Below the pieces are notes generated by a model. The model made no database searches, was not told the DNA's origin, and worked only from the letters and a program-made list of their open reading frames with translations. Shown here in pieces: positions 44,881 to 55,336 of a stretch of DNA of 64,000 bases; the first letter of the stretch is position 1; each line of letters starts with the position of its first letter. The stretch spans positions 1,960 through 65,959 of the forward strand of contig JBKPRZ010000179.1 in the NCBI GenBank assembly GCA_046734815.1, in the 5' to 3' direction. The DNA comes from Myxococcota bacterium (lineage in GTDB: Bacteria > Myxococcota_A > Polyangia > Fen-1088). Both the position numbers and the translations under genes were made by a program.

Positions 44881-45294
44881 TCAGGGCAAGCCGCGGGCCT
44901 GGGCGAGGAGGGCGTCGATCTCGGACTGCTTGAGCTCGCGCTCCTCGGCGTAGGCGATCCCCACCACCGCCCGGACCGCGCCCTGGTCGTCGTGGACCGG
45001 GAAGGCCACCGCCGCCTGGGCGTTGACTGCCTTGGCGCCCGGGCGGACGCGCCCGGTGTTGTCGTCCTTGATGTTGCAGGTGGAGATCGGCTGGTCCTGC
45101 TCGAGGGCCAGGCCGGCCATGCCCTTGCCCCGGGGCACGGTGCGGACGATCTCCTGCACCGGCGGGGGGATGTTGTAGGCGGCGGCCAGGCTGAGCAGGT
45201 CGCCCGACTCTCGCCGGTGCACACTGCCCGCGACCCCGCCGTTGTCGCGGATGAACTTCTCGAGCCAGACCTGGGTGGGGGAAGAGGCCGACAT
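44881..45294 (-). CDS. stand-alone GAF domain protein
   Basis: 137 aa. GKGMAGLALEQDQPI...AVAFPV...VVGIAY pattern typical of single-domain GAF proteins. Lies 7 nt downstream of the flavoprotein gene. Confidence 0.8.
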   Translation of the reverse strand: MSASSPTQVWLEKFIRDNGGVAGSVHRRESGDLLSLAAAYNIPPPVQEIVRTVPRGKGMAGLALEQDQPISTCNIKDDNTGRVRPGAKAVNAQAAVAFPVHDDQGAVRAVVGIAYAEERELKQSEIDALLAQARGLP

Positions 45295-45301
45295 GGCGGG
45301 A

Positions 45302-48300
45302 TTATACCGGCGCCCGCGCGACCGGCGAGGCCATCAATCGGCGGGTCCACAGGTCGCTCAGCTTCTCCTGCACCGTGTTTTGCCCCAGGCGTTCGGCCAG
45401 ATGCCCCCAGTCGACGCTGTCCTGGGCCTGGTCCTGGTTGAAGCAGGAGAAGACGAACACCTCCTTGCCGGTGGCGGGATCGATCTGACGCTGCAGGCAC
45501 TGCGCGCAGACCTCCTTCATCATGCATTGCATGGGCGAGTTGATGGAGGCGATGGCCACGTGCTCGCGCTGCAGATACGGCTTCAGGACGCCGTGGCGCG
45601 CGCGGGTCACCGCCGCCATCATGCGGTCGCTGCCGATGGCGATGATGCGGCGGCAGTCGGACAGCGGCACCACCTGCCGGCCCAGCTCGCCGCTGGCGTG
45701 GGCCAGCATGGCCTGCACGATGTTGCCCCGGAACACCCTGTCCTGCGGCCGGCGGGCCACGGGCAGGTCGCCGCTGTCCACGCTCCAGATGACCTCGTCG
45801 GTGGCCGCCTCGATCTCGTCGACCTTGTAGACGTCCTCTTTCTTGCGGTAACCGGCGAAATACAGGACCCGGCAACCGTTGTCGCGCAGGGCCCGGGCGA
45901 TGGAGAACAGCACGGCGTTGCCCAGACCGCCTCCGCACAGCGCCACCGCCTCGCCGCGCGGTATCTCCGTGGGGGCGCCGGTGGGCCCCATCAGCACCAC
46001 CGGCTCGCCCGGGCGCAGGCGCGCGCACAGCCGGGAGCTGCCACCCATCTCGAGAACGATGAGCGATACCAGGCCGCGCTCGACGTCGACCGAGGCGCCG
46101 GTGAGGGCCAGCCCTTCCATCTGCATGCGGGTGGAGCGGCCGTGCCCGTTCGGACCATCGTACACGGGCGAGAGGGTCTCGAAGTTCTGCAGCCGGAAGA
46201 ATTGCCCCGGCTGAAAGCGCCGGGCGGCCGCCGGCGCGGTCACCACCACCTCGACGATGGTCGGGGTCAGCCGGATCACCTCGTGCACGGTGGGGCGGAG
46301 ATCGCGATCCAGGCCAGCGGCGAAGCTCTCCCAGGCGGTGTCGCGGGCGGGCTGCTGCTGTGGGTCCAGGCCGGCGACGTGGGGGGCGAACAGCGCAGCC
46401 ACGTGCGGGTAGCCGTCCTTGGCCGAGGCCATCGCCTTGACCACCGACCCGGCGTAGACGGGGTGGTTGTCTCCGTAGAAGGTAATGAAGCGGCCGCCCT
46501 TCGCGTAGGAGGTGAAGAATGCGACCTCGCCCGGGGCCGCCGGCTCCAGGCGCACGCCCTCGGCGCCGCCGTTGGAGGGCCGCACCGCCCGGTAGGCCCG
46601 GAAGGCGCGCGCGCGGGCGTCGATGTCGAAGCTGCCCGGGTGCTCGCGCTCGTAGATGACGTTGGGTGAGGTGCCAGCGGCCACCAGCAGGGTGCGCGCG
46701 GGCAGGCGCACCCGCTCGCCGGTGGGGTGCACGGCGCCGGCCTGCTCGACCGCGCGCTCGAAGACCACCGCCTGCAAGTTTCCATACTGGTCGGGCTCAC
46801 ACTCGCGCGGGACCAGGTTCTCGATGAAGGAGACGCCCTCCTCGAGGAACTTGGCCACCTCCTCGTGGTTCAGCCGGTAGGCCGGCGACTCCTGCAGGCT
46901 GCGCCGGTAGACCAGCGAGACGCCGCCCCAGCTGGCCACCAGGCGGGCGAAGTCGGGAGCCTCGCCGGCGGCGGCGGCGCGCGCCCGTTCAGCGCGCACC
47001 TCCCGCCCGTGGGTCACGAACTCGCGCGCCACCTCACGCTCGGCCGGCGTGTACATGGCCCACAGCTGGTCCTCGCCGACGTCGGCCACGAGCGCCTCCC
47101 AGCGGGCCAGGAACTTCTCGACCTGCAGCGGGTAATACGCGGCCAGCTCGGTGGTGGTGTCGATGCCGGTCAGCCCGCCGCCCACCACCAGGGCTGGCAG
47201 CCGCATTTGCAGGTTGGCCAGGGTGTCGTCCTTGAAGCCGCCGGTCAGTTGCAGAGCCATCAGGAAGTCGGAGGCCTTGCGCACGCCGGGGATCAGGTTG
47301 TTCTTGACGTCGATGATGGTCGGCTTGCCCGCGCCGGCGGCGATGGCGATGTGGTCGAAGCCCAGCCGCCAGGCCTCGTCGGCGTCGAAGGTGCCGCCGA
47401 AGCGCACGCCGCCGTAGGCACGGAAGTTCCGCCGGCGGGCCAGCCCCAGGTAGATGGCCTGCAGGAAGTTCTTGTCCCAGCGAACGGTGATGCCGTATTC
47501 GGCCACCCCGCCGAACCCGGACAGCACGCGCCGGTCCAGCGGGACGGCCATCTCTTTCCAGTCGCGGAGCGGGCGGGGCGGCCAGATGTCGCCGCCCACC
47601 AGGTCCGCCGGCAGCGGCTCGAGCTTCAGCCCATCGACCGCCACCACGCCGAACCCCTCGTTGGCCAGGTGGTGGGACAACGTGTAGCCGGCTGGCCCCA
47701 GGCCGACCACCAGAACGTTCTTGCCGTTGTAGGGCAGGGCGTGCGGGCGGTTGCGGTTGAGCGGGTTCCAGCGGGTCAGCAGCGAGTAGATCTCGAATCC
47801 GTAGGGCAGGGCCAGGATGTCGGTCAGCACGCCGGTCTCGGCCTGCGGGATGTTCACCGGGTCCTGCTTCTGGAAGATGCAGGCCTTCATGCAGTCGTTG
47901 CAGATGCGATGGCCGGTGCCGGGCGCCATCGGGTTGTCGATTGTCACCAGGGCCAGCGCGCCCAGCGAGTCGCCTTCCTTGCGCAGGACGTGCATCTCGC
48001 TGATCCGCTCGCGCAGCGGGCAGCCGTTCAGCGGGATGCCCAGCGGGTTGCGCTTGGCGGTGCCGTCCTTCTCGCGCAGGCCGTGCGAGCAGGAGTCCTT
48101 GCGCCGCTCGTGGCAATAGAGGCAATAGTCCACCTCGCCCAGCACCTCGCGGGCGGTCATGCGCGGGTCGGTCAGACCGAATCCGGTGCGGCCGCGGCGG
48201 TGCTCGTCGTGAGCCACCATCAGCTCGGGCAGGTCGGCGCGGGGGCGGCGCAGCGGCACCAGGGTGCTGTGCTCCAGCTTGTGGGGCAGGCGGAAGGCCA

Positions 48301-49042
48301 CCCAGCTGGCCACGCGGTGGTGCGCCTCGGGCTCGTGCTGGTGCACGGCAGCCCAGCGCTCGAACAGGTCCAGCAGCGCCCGCACGAAGGTCAGCTCGGC
48401 AGCGGCAGCGCCGTCGATCAGCGCCGCCGGGGGATCGGGCAGGCGCGACACCCGGGCGGCCAGCTGCTGGGCGCCGGTCACGGCCTCGCCGGCAACCGGC
48501 GTGGCCAACAGCCCGGTCTCCAGGTCCAGGAGCGCGCACAGCGCCCGGGCGATGCGCAGTTCGCGGTCGGCGTCGCCCTCGGCGAGCGCCGGCAACAGCG
48601 TGTCCAGGCGCGCGTCCAGGGTCCGGCCCTCCGCCTCGCTCAGGCTGCCCGGGATGTACTTCTTGATCGCCCGGCGGCTCACGAACTCGCGCAGGCGCAG
48701 GACCGGGTGATCGGCGATGGCCGCCGCCCGCAGCGCCGCCAGCGGCTGTCCGACCGCGAACAGCTCGCCCACGAAGGCCGAAAGGTGGCGCGCAACCGCG
48801 ATCAGCAGATCGCCGTCGGCGGGAGGCACCAGCTCGGCCCCGCCCCGGTAGGCCTCGAAACGTTCGGACAGGGCAGGGTCGGCCGCCGCGAGCACGCGCC
48901 GGAAGTCGGCGTCCAGCGCGCGCAGCTTCTCGGGGTCGTGCAGGTCGGCGTAACGGTATCCGCGACCGAGAGGGATGTTGCGGGCGGGGTCGACCGGCGC
49001 GTTGCGCCCAACCGGAGCGAAAGCGTAAGGACCGAAGCTCAT
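45302..49042 (-). CDS. 1246-aa multidomain Fe-S flavoprotein: unknown N-domain + GltD/NfnB-like module + PyrK/NfnA-like ferredoxin-reductase module
   Basis: Cys clusters CLYCHERRKDSC, GCPLRE, HRICNDCMKAC. Dinucleotide folds VLVVGLGPAGYTLSHHLA and LVVGGGLTGIDTTTELA. C-terminal RFQPGQFFRL, LCGGGLGNAVLFSIARAL and the 2Fe-2S motif CMMKEVCAQC...SC. Confidence 0.9.
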   Translation of the reverse strand: MSFGPYAFAPVGRNAPVDPARNIPLGRGYRYADLHDPEKLRALDADFRRVLAAADPALSERFEAYRGGAELVPPADGDLLIAVARHLSAFVGELFAVGQPLAALRAAAIADHPVLRLREFVSRRAIKKYIPGSLSEAEGRTLDARLDTLLPALAEGDADRELRIARALCALLDLETGLLATPVAGEAVTGAQQLAARVSRLPDPPAALIDGAAAAELTFVRALLDLFERWAAVHQHEPEAHHRVASWVAFRLPHKLEHSTLVPLRRPRADLPELMVAHDEHRRGRTGFGLTDPRMTAREVLGEVDYCLYCHERRKDSCSHGLREKDGTAKRNPLGIPLNGCPLRERISEMHVLRKEGDSLGALALVTIDNPMAPGTGHRICNDCMKACIFQKQDPVNIPQAETGVLTDILALPYGFEIYSLLTRWNPLNRNRPHALPYNGKNVLVVGLGPAGYTLSHHLANEGFGVVAVDGLKLEPLPADLVGGDIWPPRPLRDWKEMAVPLDRRVLSGFGGVAEYGITVRWDKNFLQAIYLGLARRRNFRAYGGVRFGGTFDADEAWRLGFDHIAIAAGAGKPTIIDVKNNLIPGVRKASDFLMALQLTGGFKDDTLANLQMRLPALVVGGGLTGIDTTTELAAYYPLQVEKFLARWEALVADVGEDQLWAMYTPAEREVAREFVTHGREVRAERARAAAAGEAPDFARLVASWGGVSLVYRRSLQESPAYRLNHEEVAKFLEEGVSFIENLVPRECEPDQYGNLQAVVFERAVEQAGAVHPTGERVRLPARTLLVAAGTSPNVIYEREHPGSFDIDARARAFRAYRAVRPSNGGAEGVRLEPAAPGEVAFFTSYAKGGRFITFYGDNHPVYAGSVVKAMASAKDGYPHVAALFAPHVAGLDPQQQPARDTAWESFAAGLDRDLRPTVHEVIRLTPTIVEVVVTAPAAARRFQPGQFFRLQNFETLSPVYDGPNGHGRSTRMQMEGLALTGASVDVERGLVSLIVLEMGGSSRLCARLRPGEPVVLMGPTGAPTEIPRGEAVALCGGGLGNAVLFSIARALRDNGCRVLYFAGYRKKEDVYKVDEIEAATDEVIWSVDSGDLPVARRPQDRVFRGNIVQAMLAHASGELGRQVVPLSDCRRIIAIGSDRMMAAVTRARHGVLKPYLQREHVAIASINSPMQCMMKEVCAQCLQRQIDPATGKEVFVFSCFNQDQAQDSVDWGHLAERLGQNTVQEKLSDLWTRRLMASPVARAPV

Positions 49043-51405
49043 GGTGACGGTGCTTCTCTATACCCCGCTCGGCGCCGCTTTTCCCAGTCGACCCGTTCGA
49101 GAAAGTCCTGCGTCCGCAGGCGGTCCGAGAGGCTGTCGGCGTCCTTCTGCAGCCGCTCGAGCGCGGTCCGGCTGCGCTCGAGGTCGCCCCCCCGGAAGGC
49201 CGCCTCGGCCACCAGGGTGTGGCACTCCTTGACGAACACCGGCGGCAGCGGTTTGGCCCGCGGGCTGCCCCCCATCACCGGGCAGGCCGACTCCAGCAGA
49301 TCCAGCGACAGAGCGGCGTCACGGTAGGTCAGCTGGCGGCCCAGCAGATAGGGACCCAGGGCCTCCTCGGGGAAGGCCCGGGCGAAGCGGTCGATCAGGA
49401 AGACCACCAGCCCTGCGTCCGTACCCCGGATGGGGCTGTCCCCGAACAGCACGCGGCCCAGCGTCCTGCGCGACTCCTCGTCCTGCAGCGCCCGTAACCG
49501 TGCCAGCCCGTTCCTCTGCTCGGCATCGTCGGTGACGAAGGCCAGCCCGCGCTCGACCGCCGCCCGCGCCTGGTCGAAGCGACCGGCGTGGTAAAGCGCA
49601 TTGGCCGCAGTCTGAGCCGCGCGCGAGCGCAGGGGCAGGGTGTTCGACTCGTCCTTCTCCACCGCGCCCGTTTCCCGCAAGGTGGCATCGGTCAGGCCGG
49701 CCGCCGCCAGCGCGTCGGCGAGGTCCAGCCGGTAGGTCGGCTCCTCGGGATCGTCCCGGCAGACCGAACGCATCAGCTCGACCGCCTCGTCGGGGACGTT
49801 GTACAGGCGACCGCGCGCCTCCTGCACCCGGGCGGCCAGCTCCCGCGCGCACACCTTCTGGAAGATCGCTGGCCGGCGGAACCGCTCGCGGGCCCGTTCC
49901 TGCTCGCGGTTGTCCAGCGGCTGCTTCTCGATGAAGGCGCGCCACGCCGGCTCCAGCTGCTGCAGGGTCTCGCCGTACACCCCGACGAAGTCTCCGCCCG
50001 ATCGGTAGATCGCCCGGAGCTTGTCGGCCCCCCGGGTCGCCAGCAGAAAATGCGTGAAGGAACCGGCGATGGTGTACGCGCGAGGGCCCGACACGGTGGA
50101 GAACCCGGCCCCCACCACCTTGGCCAGCGGCGGAGCCAGGTGGGCGGCGATCATGGCCCGCGCCTCCTGGTGCACGGTCGAGCGCCCCCAGGGATCGCCG
50201 TAGTCCGCAGCCTCGGCGGTCCCCTCGATCAGCCCGCTGGCCAGCCGCGGAAAGGGCAGCCGCCAGGCCAGCGACACCCCGAACATCGGATCGCCGAACG
50301 CGCTGGCGAAGACGTGGGCCAGCTCGTGGCGCAGGCGGCGCGCGGGGAAACGCTCCGCCTGCACGAACACCTCCTGGGTCCACGGCTTCGCGTACAGCGT
50401 CCCGCCCGCGCCGACCAGGTTCTTCTTCACCTCGGCGCTGGGGAACAGGTACACGGTGATCGGCAGCCGCGGCTGGACGCCCAGGGTGCGGCTGAGCTGA
50501 TCGAAGCGGAACTCCAGATCGCGCAGCACCAGCTCGCGCTCGTCCGGGCTGCCGTCCGCGCTGGGGTCACTGTGCACCACGAAGTGCGCGGAGCGCGTCT
50601 CCCGGTTCAGCACCCGGACCAGCTGGCGGCGATCGACGTGGAATCCCAGCGGCCCACGTCGGGCGAACACCGCCAGCGAGGCCACCAGCAGCACCAGGGC
50701 GGCGGCCGCCGCCAGCAGGCGTGCGCGCCCGGGCTGCCGGAGGCGGCGGAGCGCGGCGGCCACGACGACGGCGGTCGTGATCCAGAGCAGGTTGGCCAGC
50801 CGGAAATCCAGCAGCCGTTCGGGCGGCCGCAGCGCCTCGTCGTAGATCGGCCCCGGGAAATAGCCACCGAAGGGATCGAACACCACCACCGGCGGATCGA
50901 AATACAGCCGCCCCAGCGCCCACACCACCGAAGCGACCGGGATCAACCAGGCGTAGAGACGACCCCGCCGCGCCGAGGCCAGGCCGGCCAGCACGCCCGC
51001 CGGCGCCGTGTACAGCGCGGTGGCGACCGGCAACAGCGCATAGAACGCGAAGCCCGCCTCCAGGTTGCAGTTGCGCACCCGCAGGGCGTTCAGCAGCGAC
51101 AGCAGCAATGGCAGGACCAGGATGGCCAGCGCTCCCAGCACGCCGGCCGCCAGCACCGGCGCCAGCGCCAGGCCCTCGCCGCGCCGGCGCGCCGCCGCCA
51201 CCGCCCCCTGGCCGATGTCCACCGCGGCCAGCGCCGTCACCAGGCCCAGGGCGAAGGAGAAGTCGAAGCCCAGCACATCGAACAGCGGCACGAAGCACAG
51301 CCCCAGCGCGACCAGCGCCAGGATCGCGGCCCAGACGAACACCCGCAGGCCCAGGCGGGTAGCGATCCAGCGGCGGGCGAGCCCGAGAGCAGACGGTCCG
51401 GGCAA
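49039..51405 (-). CDS. polytopic membrane protein with HEXXH motif and TPR-like C-terminal domain
   Basis: 788 aa with about 7 N-terminal TM helices. RRLRHELAHVFASAFG (HEXXH). Helical repeat C-terminus. Its stop overlaps the flavoprotein start (ATGA 49039-49042). Confidence 0.8.
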   Translation of the reverse strand: MPGPSALGLARRWIATRLGLRVFVWAAILALVALGLCFVPLFDVLGFDFSFALGLVTALAAVDIGQGAVAAARRRGEGLALAPVLAAGVLGALAILVLPLLLSLLNALRVRNCNLEAGFAFYALLPVATALYTAPAGVLAGLASARRGRLYAWLIPVASVVWALGRLYFDPPVVVFDPFGGYFPGPIYDEALRPPERLLDFRLANLLWITTAVVVAAALRRLRQPGRARLLAAAAALVLLVASLAVFARRGPLGFHVDRRQLVRVLNRETRSAHFVVHSDPSADGSPDERELVLRDLEFRFDQLSRTLGVQPRLPITVYLFPSAEVKKNLVGAGGTLYAKPWTQEVFVQAERFPARRLRHELAHVFASAFGDPMFGVSLAWRLPFPRLASGLIEGTAEAADYGDPWGRSTVHQEARAMIAAHLAPPLAKVVGAGFSTVSGPRAYTIAGSFTHFLLATRGADKLRAIYRSGGDFVGVYGETLQQLEPAWRAFIEKQPLDNREQERARERFRRPAIFQKVCARELAARVQEARGRLYNVPDEAVELMRSVCRDDPEEPTYRLDLADALAAAGLTDATLRETGAVEKDESNTLPLRSRAAQTAANALYHAGRFDQARAAVERGLAFVTDDAEQRNGLARLRALQDEESRRTLGRVLFGDSPIRGTDAGLVVFLIDRFARAFPEEALGPYLLGRQLTYRDAALSLDLLESACPVMGGSPRAKPLPPVFVKECHTLVAEAAFRGGDLERSRTALERLQKDADSLSDRLRTQDFLERVDWEKRRRAGYREAPSP

Positions 51406-51411
51406 CGGCCC

Positions 51412-53028
51412 CTACTTCCGCGGCTGGTAGATCTCGACCGCGTTCGAGGCCGAGTCGGCCGTGGCGCCGCCCAGGACGACCACCGACAGGTTCGGCAGCG
51501 AGGTGGCGGTGGCGCCGGCCCGGGGCACGGCCGGCATCTCGGCGACCATCGTCCAGCTCTTGGTGTCGTACACCTCGGCGGTGTCGACCAGCTGGTCGCC
51601 GGCGCCGTAACCGCCCGCCACCACCAGGTCGTCGTTGATCACGAACGCGCTGAACGACCGGCGCGGGGTCTTGAGCATGATCGGCCCGGGCTCGAAGCGG
51701 CGGCGCGCGGGCACGTAGAATAGCGAGTCGCCGCGCGGCAGCTTGTCGTCGCCCCGACCGCCCAGGATCAGGATCCTGGCCTCGCCGCTGGCGGTGACCG
51801 GCAAGGCGACGTGATCACGCCGCCCGGTCCCGGGGTGTCCGGACTGTCCGGGCGCGGCCGGCGGACCGCCCATGACGCCGTTGGCGCTGGTGTCGATGGA
51901 CAGCCAGTTGAGGGTCATCGGATCCAGCAACTCGGCCACCGGGCCGCCCTCGGGCGCCCCGCCGTAGATGAGGATGTTGCCCCAGGCCTCGCTGCTGGCG
52001 ACGGAGTTGGCCGTATGCCCCACGCGCGGGGCGGCCATCTTGAACGGCATCGCCATCCCCCCGGGAGGCGTCTTGGTGAGCACGTTGACCGGCATCTGCG
52101 GGCTGGTGTCCGGGTCCATGCTCACGATGGTGTCCAGCGCGTTGTTGCCCGCGTCGAGGCCGCCGAAGGCGAACACGGGCTTCGGCGTGGTTGCCAGCAC
52201 GGTTTGCCTGCGCGGGCACCCGTCGCCGCCCTGGGCCGGTGGGATGCTGGCCAGGAAGAAGCTGGAGAACAGCTCCCGCCCCACCGCGAAGACGTCCATC
52301 TGACTGCTGAGCTTCGGCTCTTCCATGATCGACGTCTGGGCCAGCCCGCCGAACATATACACCCGCTCGCCGCGGGTGATGGCCGCCGCCTCGGCGCGCA
52401 GGCCGCCGGTCATGGTGCCCAGCTCCTGCTGGGCGTGCAGGAGCGGGTTGTACACGAACAGGGCGTTCGACAGCAGCATCTGCTCGCCATTGCTGGCCGG
52501 CACCCAGGTGCGCCCGACCCCGAAGACCGGCACCGTCACCATGACGGACAGGTCACCCACCGCGGTGGACTCGGCCGGGATGGCCACGTGGTCCTTGGTC
52601 TTGAAGGCCAGGTCGCCCGCCCGCGCCAGGGTGCCCGGCTTCTGCACGAAGATCCGTATGCGCGGGGACAGGTGCAGCACCTCCACCTGGGGTGTCTGGC
52701 CGAAGGCCACCAGGTTGCCGGCGGCGTCTTCGGCGCGGATCGCGAAGATTGTGGTGCGGGTGGCGTTGGGATCCAGGTCGGGCGCATCCAGCGAGAAGGG
52801 CGCGCCGGAGTTGAGGTTGGTGCTGGCCACGACCTGCCCGGAGACCAGCAGCTTGGCCACCGTGGCGCCGCTGAACGCGTCCTTGGGCGCGACGATCTCG
52901 ACCGCGTAGGTGTCCTTCAAGGTCTCGCCGCAGGCGCCCGCCCAGCCGAGTGCCAGCAGCCCGGGCAGCAACCGCCCCGCGAAGAAGGGCCCGCCGCGCG
53001 GCCGCTGGCCCAAGGCTCTATTGAACAT
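51412..53028 (-). CDS. Kelch-repeat beta-propeller protein, probable lipoprotein
   Basis: 538 aa. Signal/lipobox-like LLALGWAGAC. Six blade signatures: VYMFGG, VFAFGG, ILIYGG, ILILGG, LVVAGG, VVVLGG. Confidence 0.8.
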   Translation of the reverse strand: MFNRALGQRPRGGPFFAGRLLPGLLALGWAGACGETLKDTYAVEIVAPKDAFSGATVAKLLVSGQVVASTNLNSGAPFSLDAPDLDPNATRTTIFAIRAEDAAGNLVAFGQTPQVEVLHLSPRIRIFVQKPGTLARAGDLAFKTKDHVAIPAESTAVGDLSVMVTVPVFGVGRTWVPASNGEQMLLSNALFVYNPLLHAQQELGTMTGGLRAEAAAITRGERVYMFGGLAQTSIMEEPKLSSQMDVFAVGRELFSSFFLASIPPAQGGDGCPRRQTVLATTPKPVFAFGGLDAGNNALDTIVSMDPDTSPQMPVNVLTKTPPGGMAMPFKMAAPRVGHTANSVASSEAWGNILIYGGAPEGGPVAELLDPMTLNWLSIDTSANGVMGGPPAAPGQSGHPGTGRRDHVALPVTASGEARILILGGRGDDKLPRGDSLFYVPARRRFEPGPIMLKTPRRSFSAFVINDDLVVAGGYGAGDQLVDTAEVYDTKSWTMVAEMPAVPRAGATATSLPNLSVVVLGGATADSASNAVEIYQPRK

Positions 53029-53079
53029 GCCCGCAGCCTAATACCGCCGGGCCTCCGACGCCACGGTGGCGTCGATGGC

Positions 53080-54554
<1,475 letters not shown>

Positions 54555-54559
54555 GTCCG

Positions 54560-55336
54560 TCAGTGCCCCTTGGGCAGCTTGAAGAGGGTGGGGGCCATCT
54601 TCTGATCGAACTTGACCTCGGCGATGCGCGCGTCGACGGACATCGGCCCGGCGGTGGTCTCCTCACGGAACGGCAGCTTCACGCCCTCGACGTCGCGCCA
54701 GTCGGACAGGTGAGCGCTGTAGGGCACCTCGCCCTGCGGGGTGGCCTGCTTGCCCTGCTGGTAGACGCGCAGGTGGGTGGTGGCGTCGAAACAGCTGATG
54801 GCCGGCTGCCCCACCGCCGGGGTCAGCTGCAGGCACTCGAGCGCGACGTTCTTGGGCGCGCCATCGGGGCGGGGCACCACCTCGACCTTCTTGTACAGCT
54901 TCGCGAGCTTGAGGTCCGCGTTCCAGGTGCCCTCCAGCCGGGCCTGTTCCTCCTCGGGGCCCTTGAGGATGCGCAGGCCGTTGATGGGGTCCTCCGCCCA
55001 GCGCACCTTGCCGGTGGATCCCTGCTTGACCACGCCGATCCCGGGCAAGGTGGTCACCGACAGCAGCTGCCCACTCGAGTTGGACCAGCGCTCCTCGGTG
55101 CCGTTGACCCCCATGCCCTTCACGGCGATCTCGCGCTTGAGGTAGGCGTTCTTGTGCCGGCCCAGCCCCTGCTCGCCGCCGATCGCCCGGGCGTAGTCGT
55201 CCAGGATGGCCTTGGCGGCGCGCGGGCCGGGGTCGGCCGGCGGCGGCGCCCCGGCATCGGCGGCGTGCGCGGGTGGCGGCGTCCAGGCGAGCGCCAGCAA
55301 CATCGACAAGGTGAGAAGGTGGGTGGTGGGTTTCAT
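54560..55336 (-). CDS. secreted protein of unknown function (possibly LolA-like fold)
   Basis: 258 aa. Signal peptide ...[12 protein letters not shown]. Beta-rich sequence. ATGA overlap with the upstream S41 peptidase gene. The family assignment is only a guess. Confidence 0.7.
   Translation of the reverse strand: MKPTTHLLTLSMLLALAWTPPPAHAADAGAPPPADPGPRAAKAILDDYARAIGGEQGLGRHKNAYLKREIAVKGMGVNGTEERWSNSSGQLLSVTTLPGIGVVKQGSTGKVRWAEDPINGLRILKGPEEEQARLEGTWNADLKLAKLYKKVEVVPRPDGAPKNVALECLQLTPAVGQPAISCFDATTHLRVYQQGKQATPQGEVPYSAHLSDWRDVEGVKLPFREETTAGPMSVDARIAEVKFDQKMAPTLFKLPKGH

Noticed and set aside
45242-49327. 475-aa and 866-aa plus-strand ORFs (45242..46669, 46727..49327) antisense to the 1246-aa flavoprotein gene
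   Set aside because: They are low-complexity Gly/Arg/Ala/His/Gln sequences without motifs. The minus-strand frame has coherent cofactor-binding motifs along its whole length.
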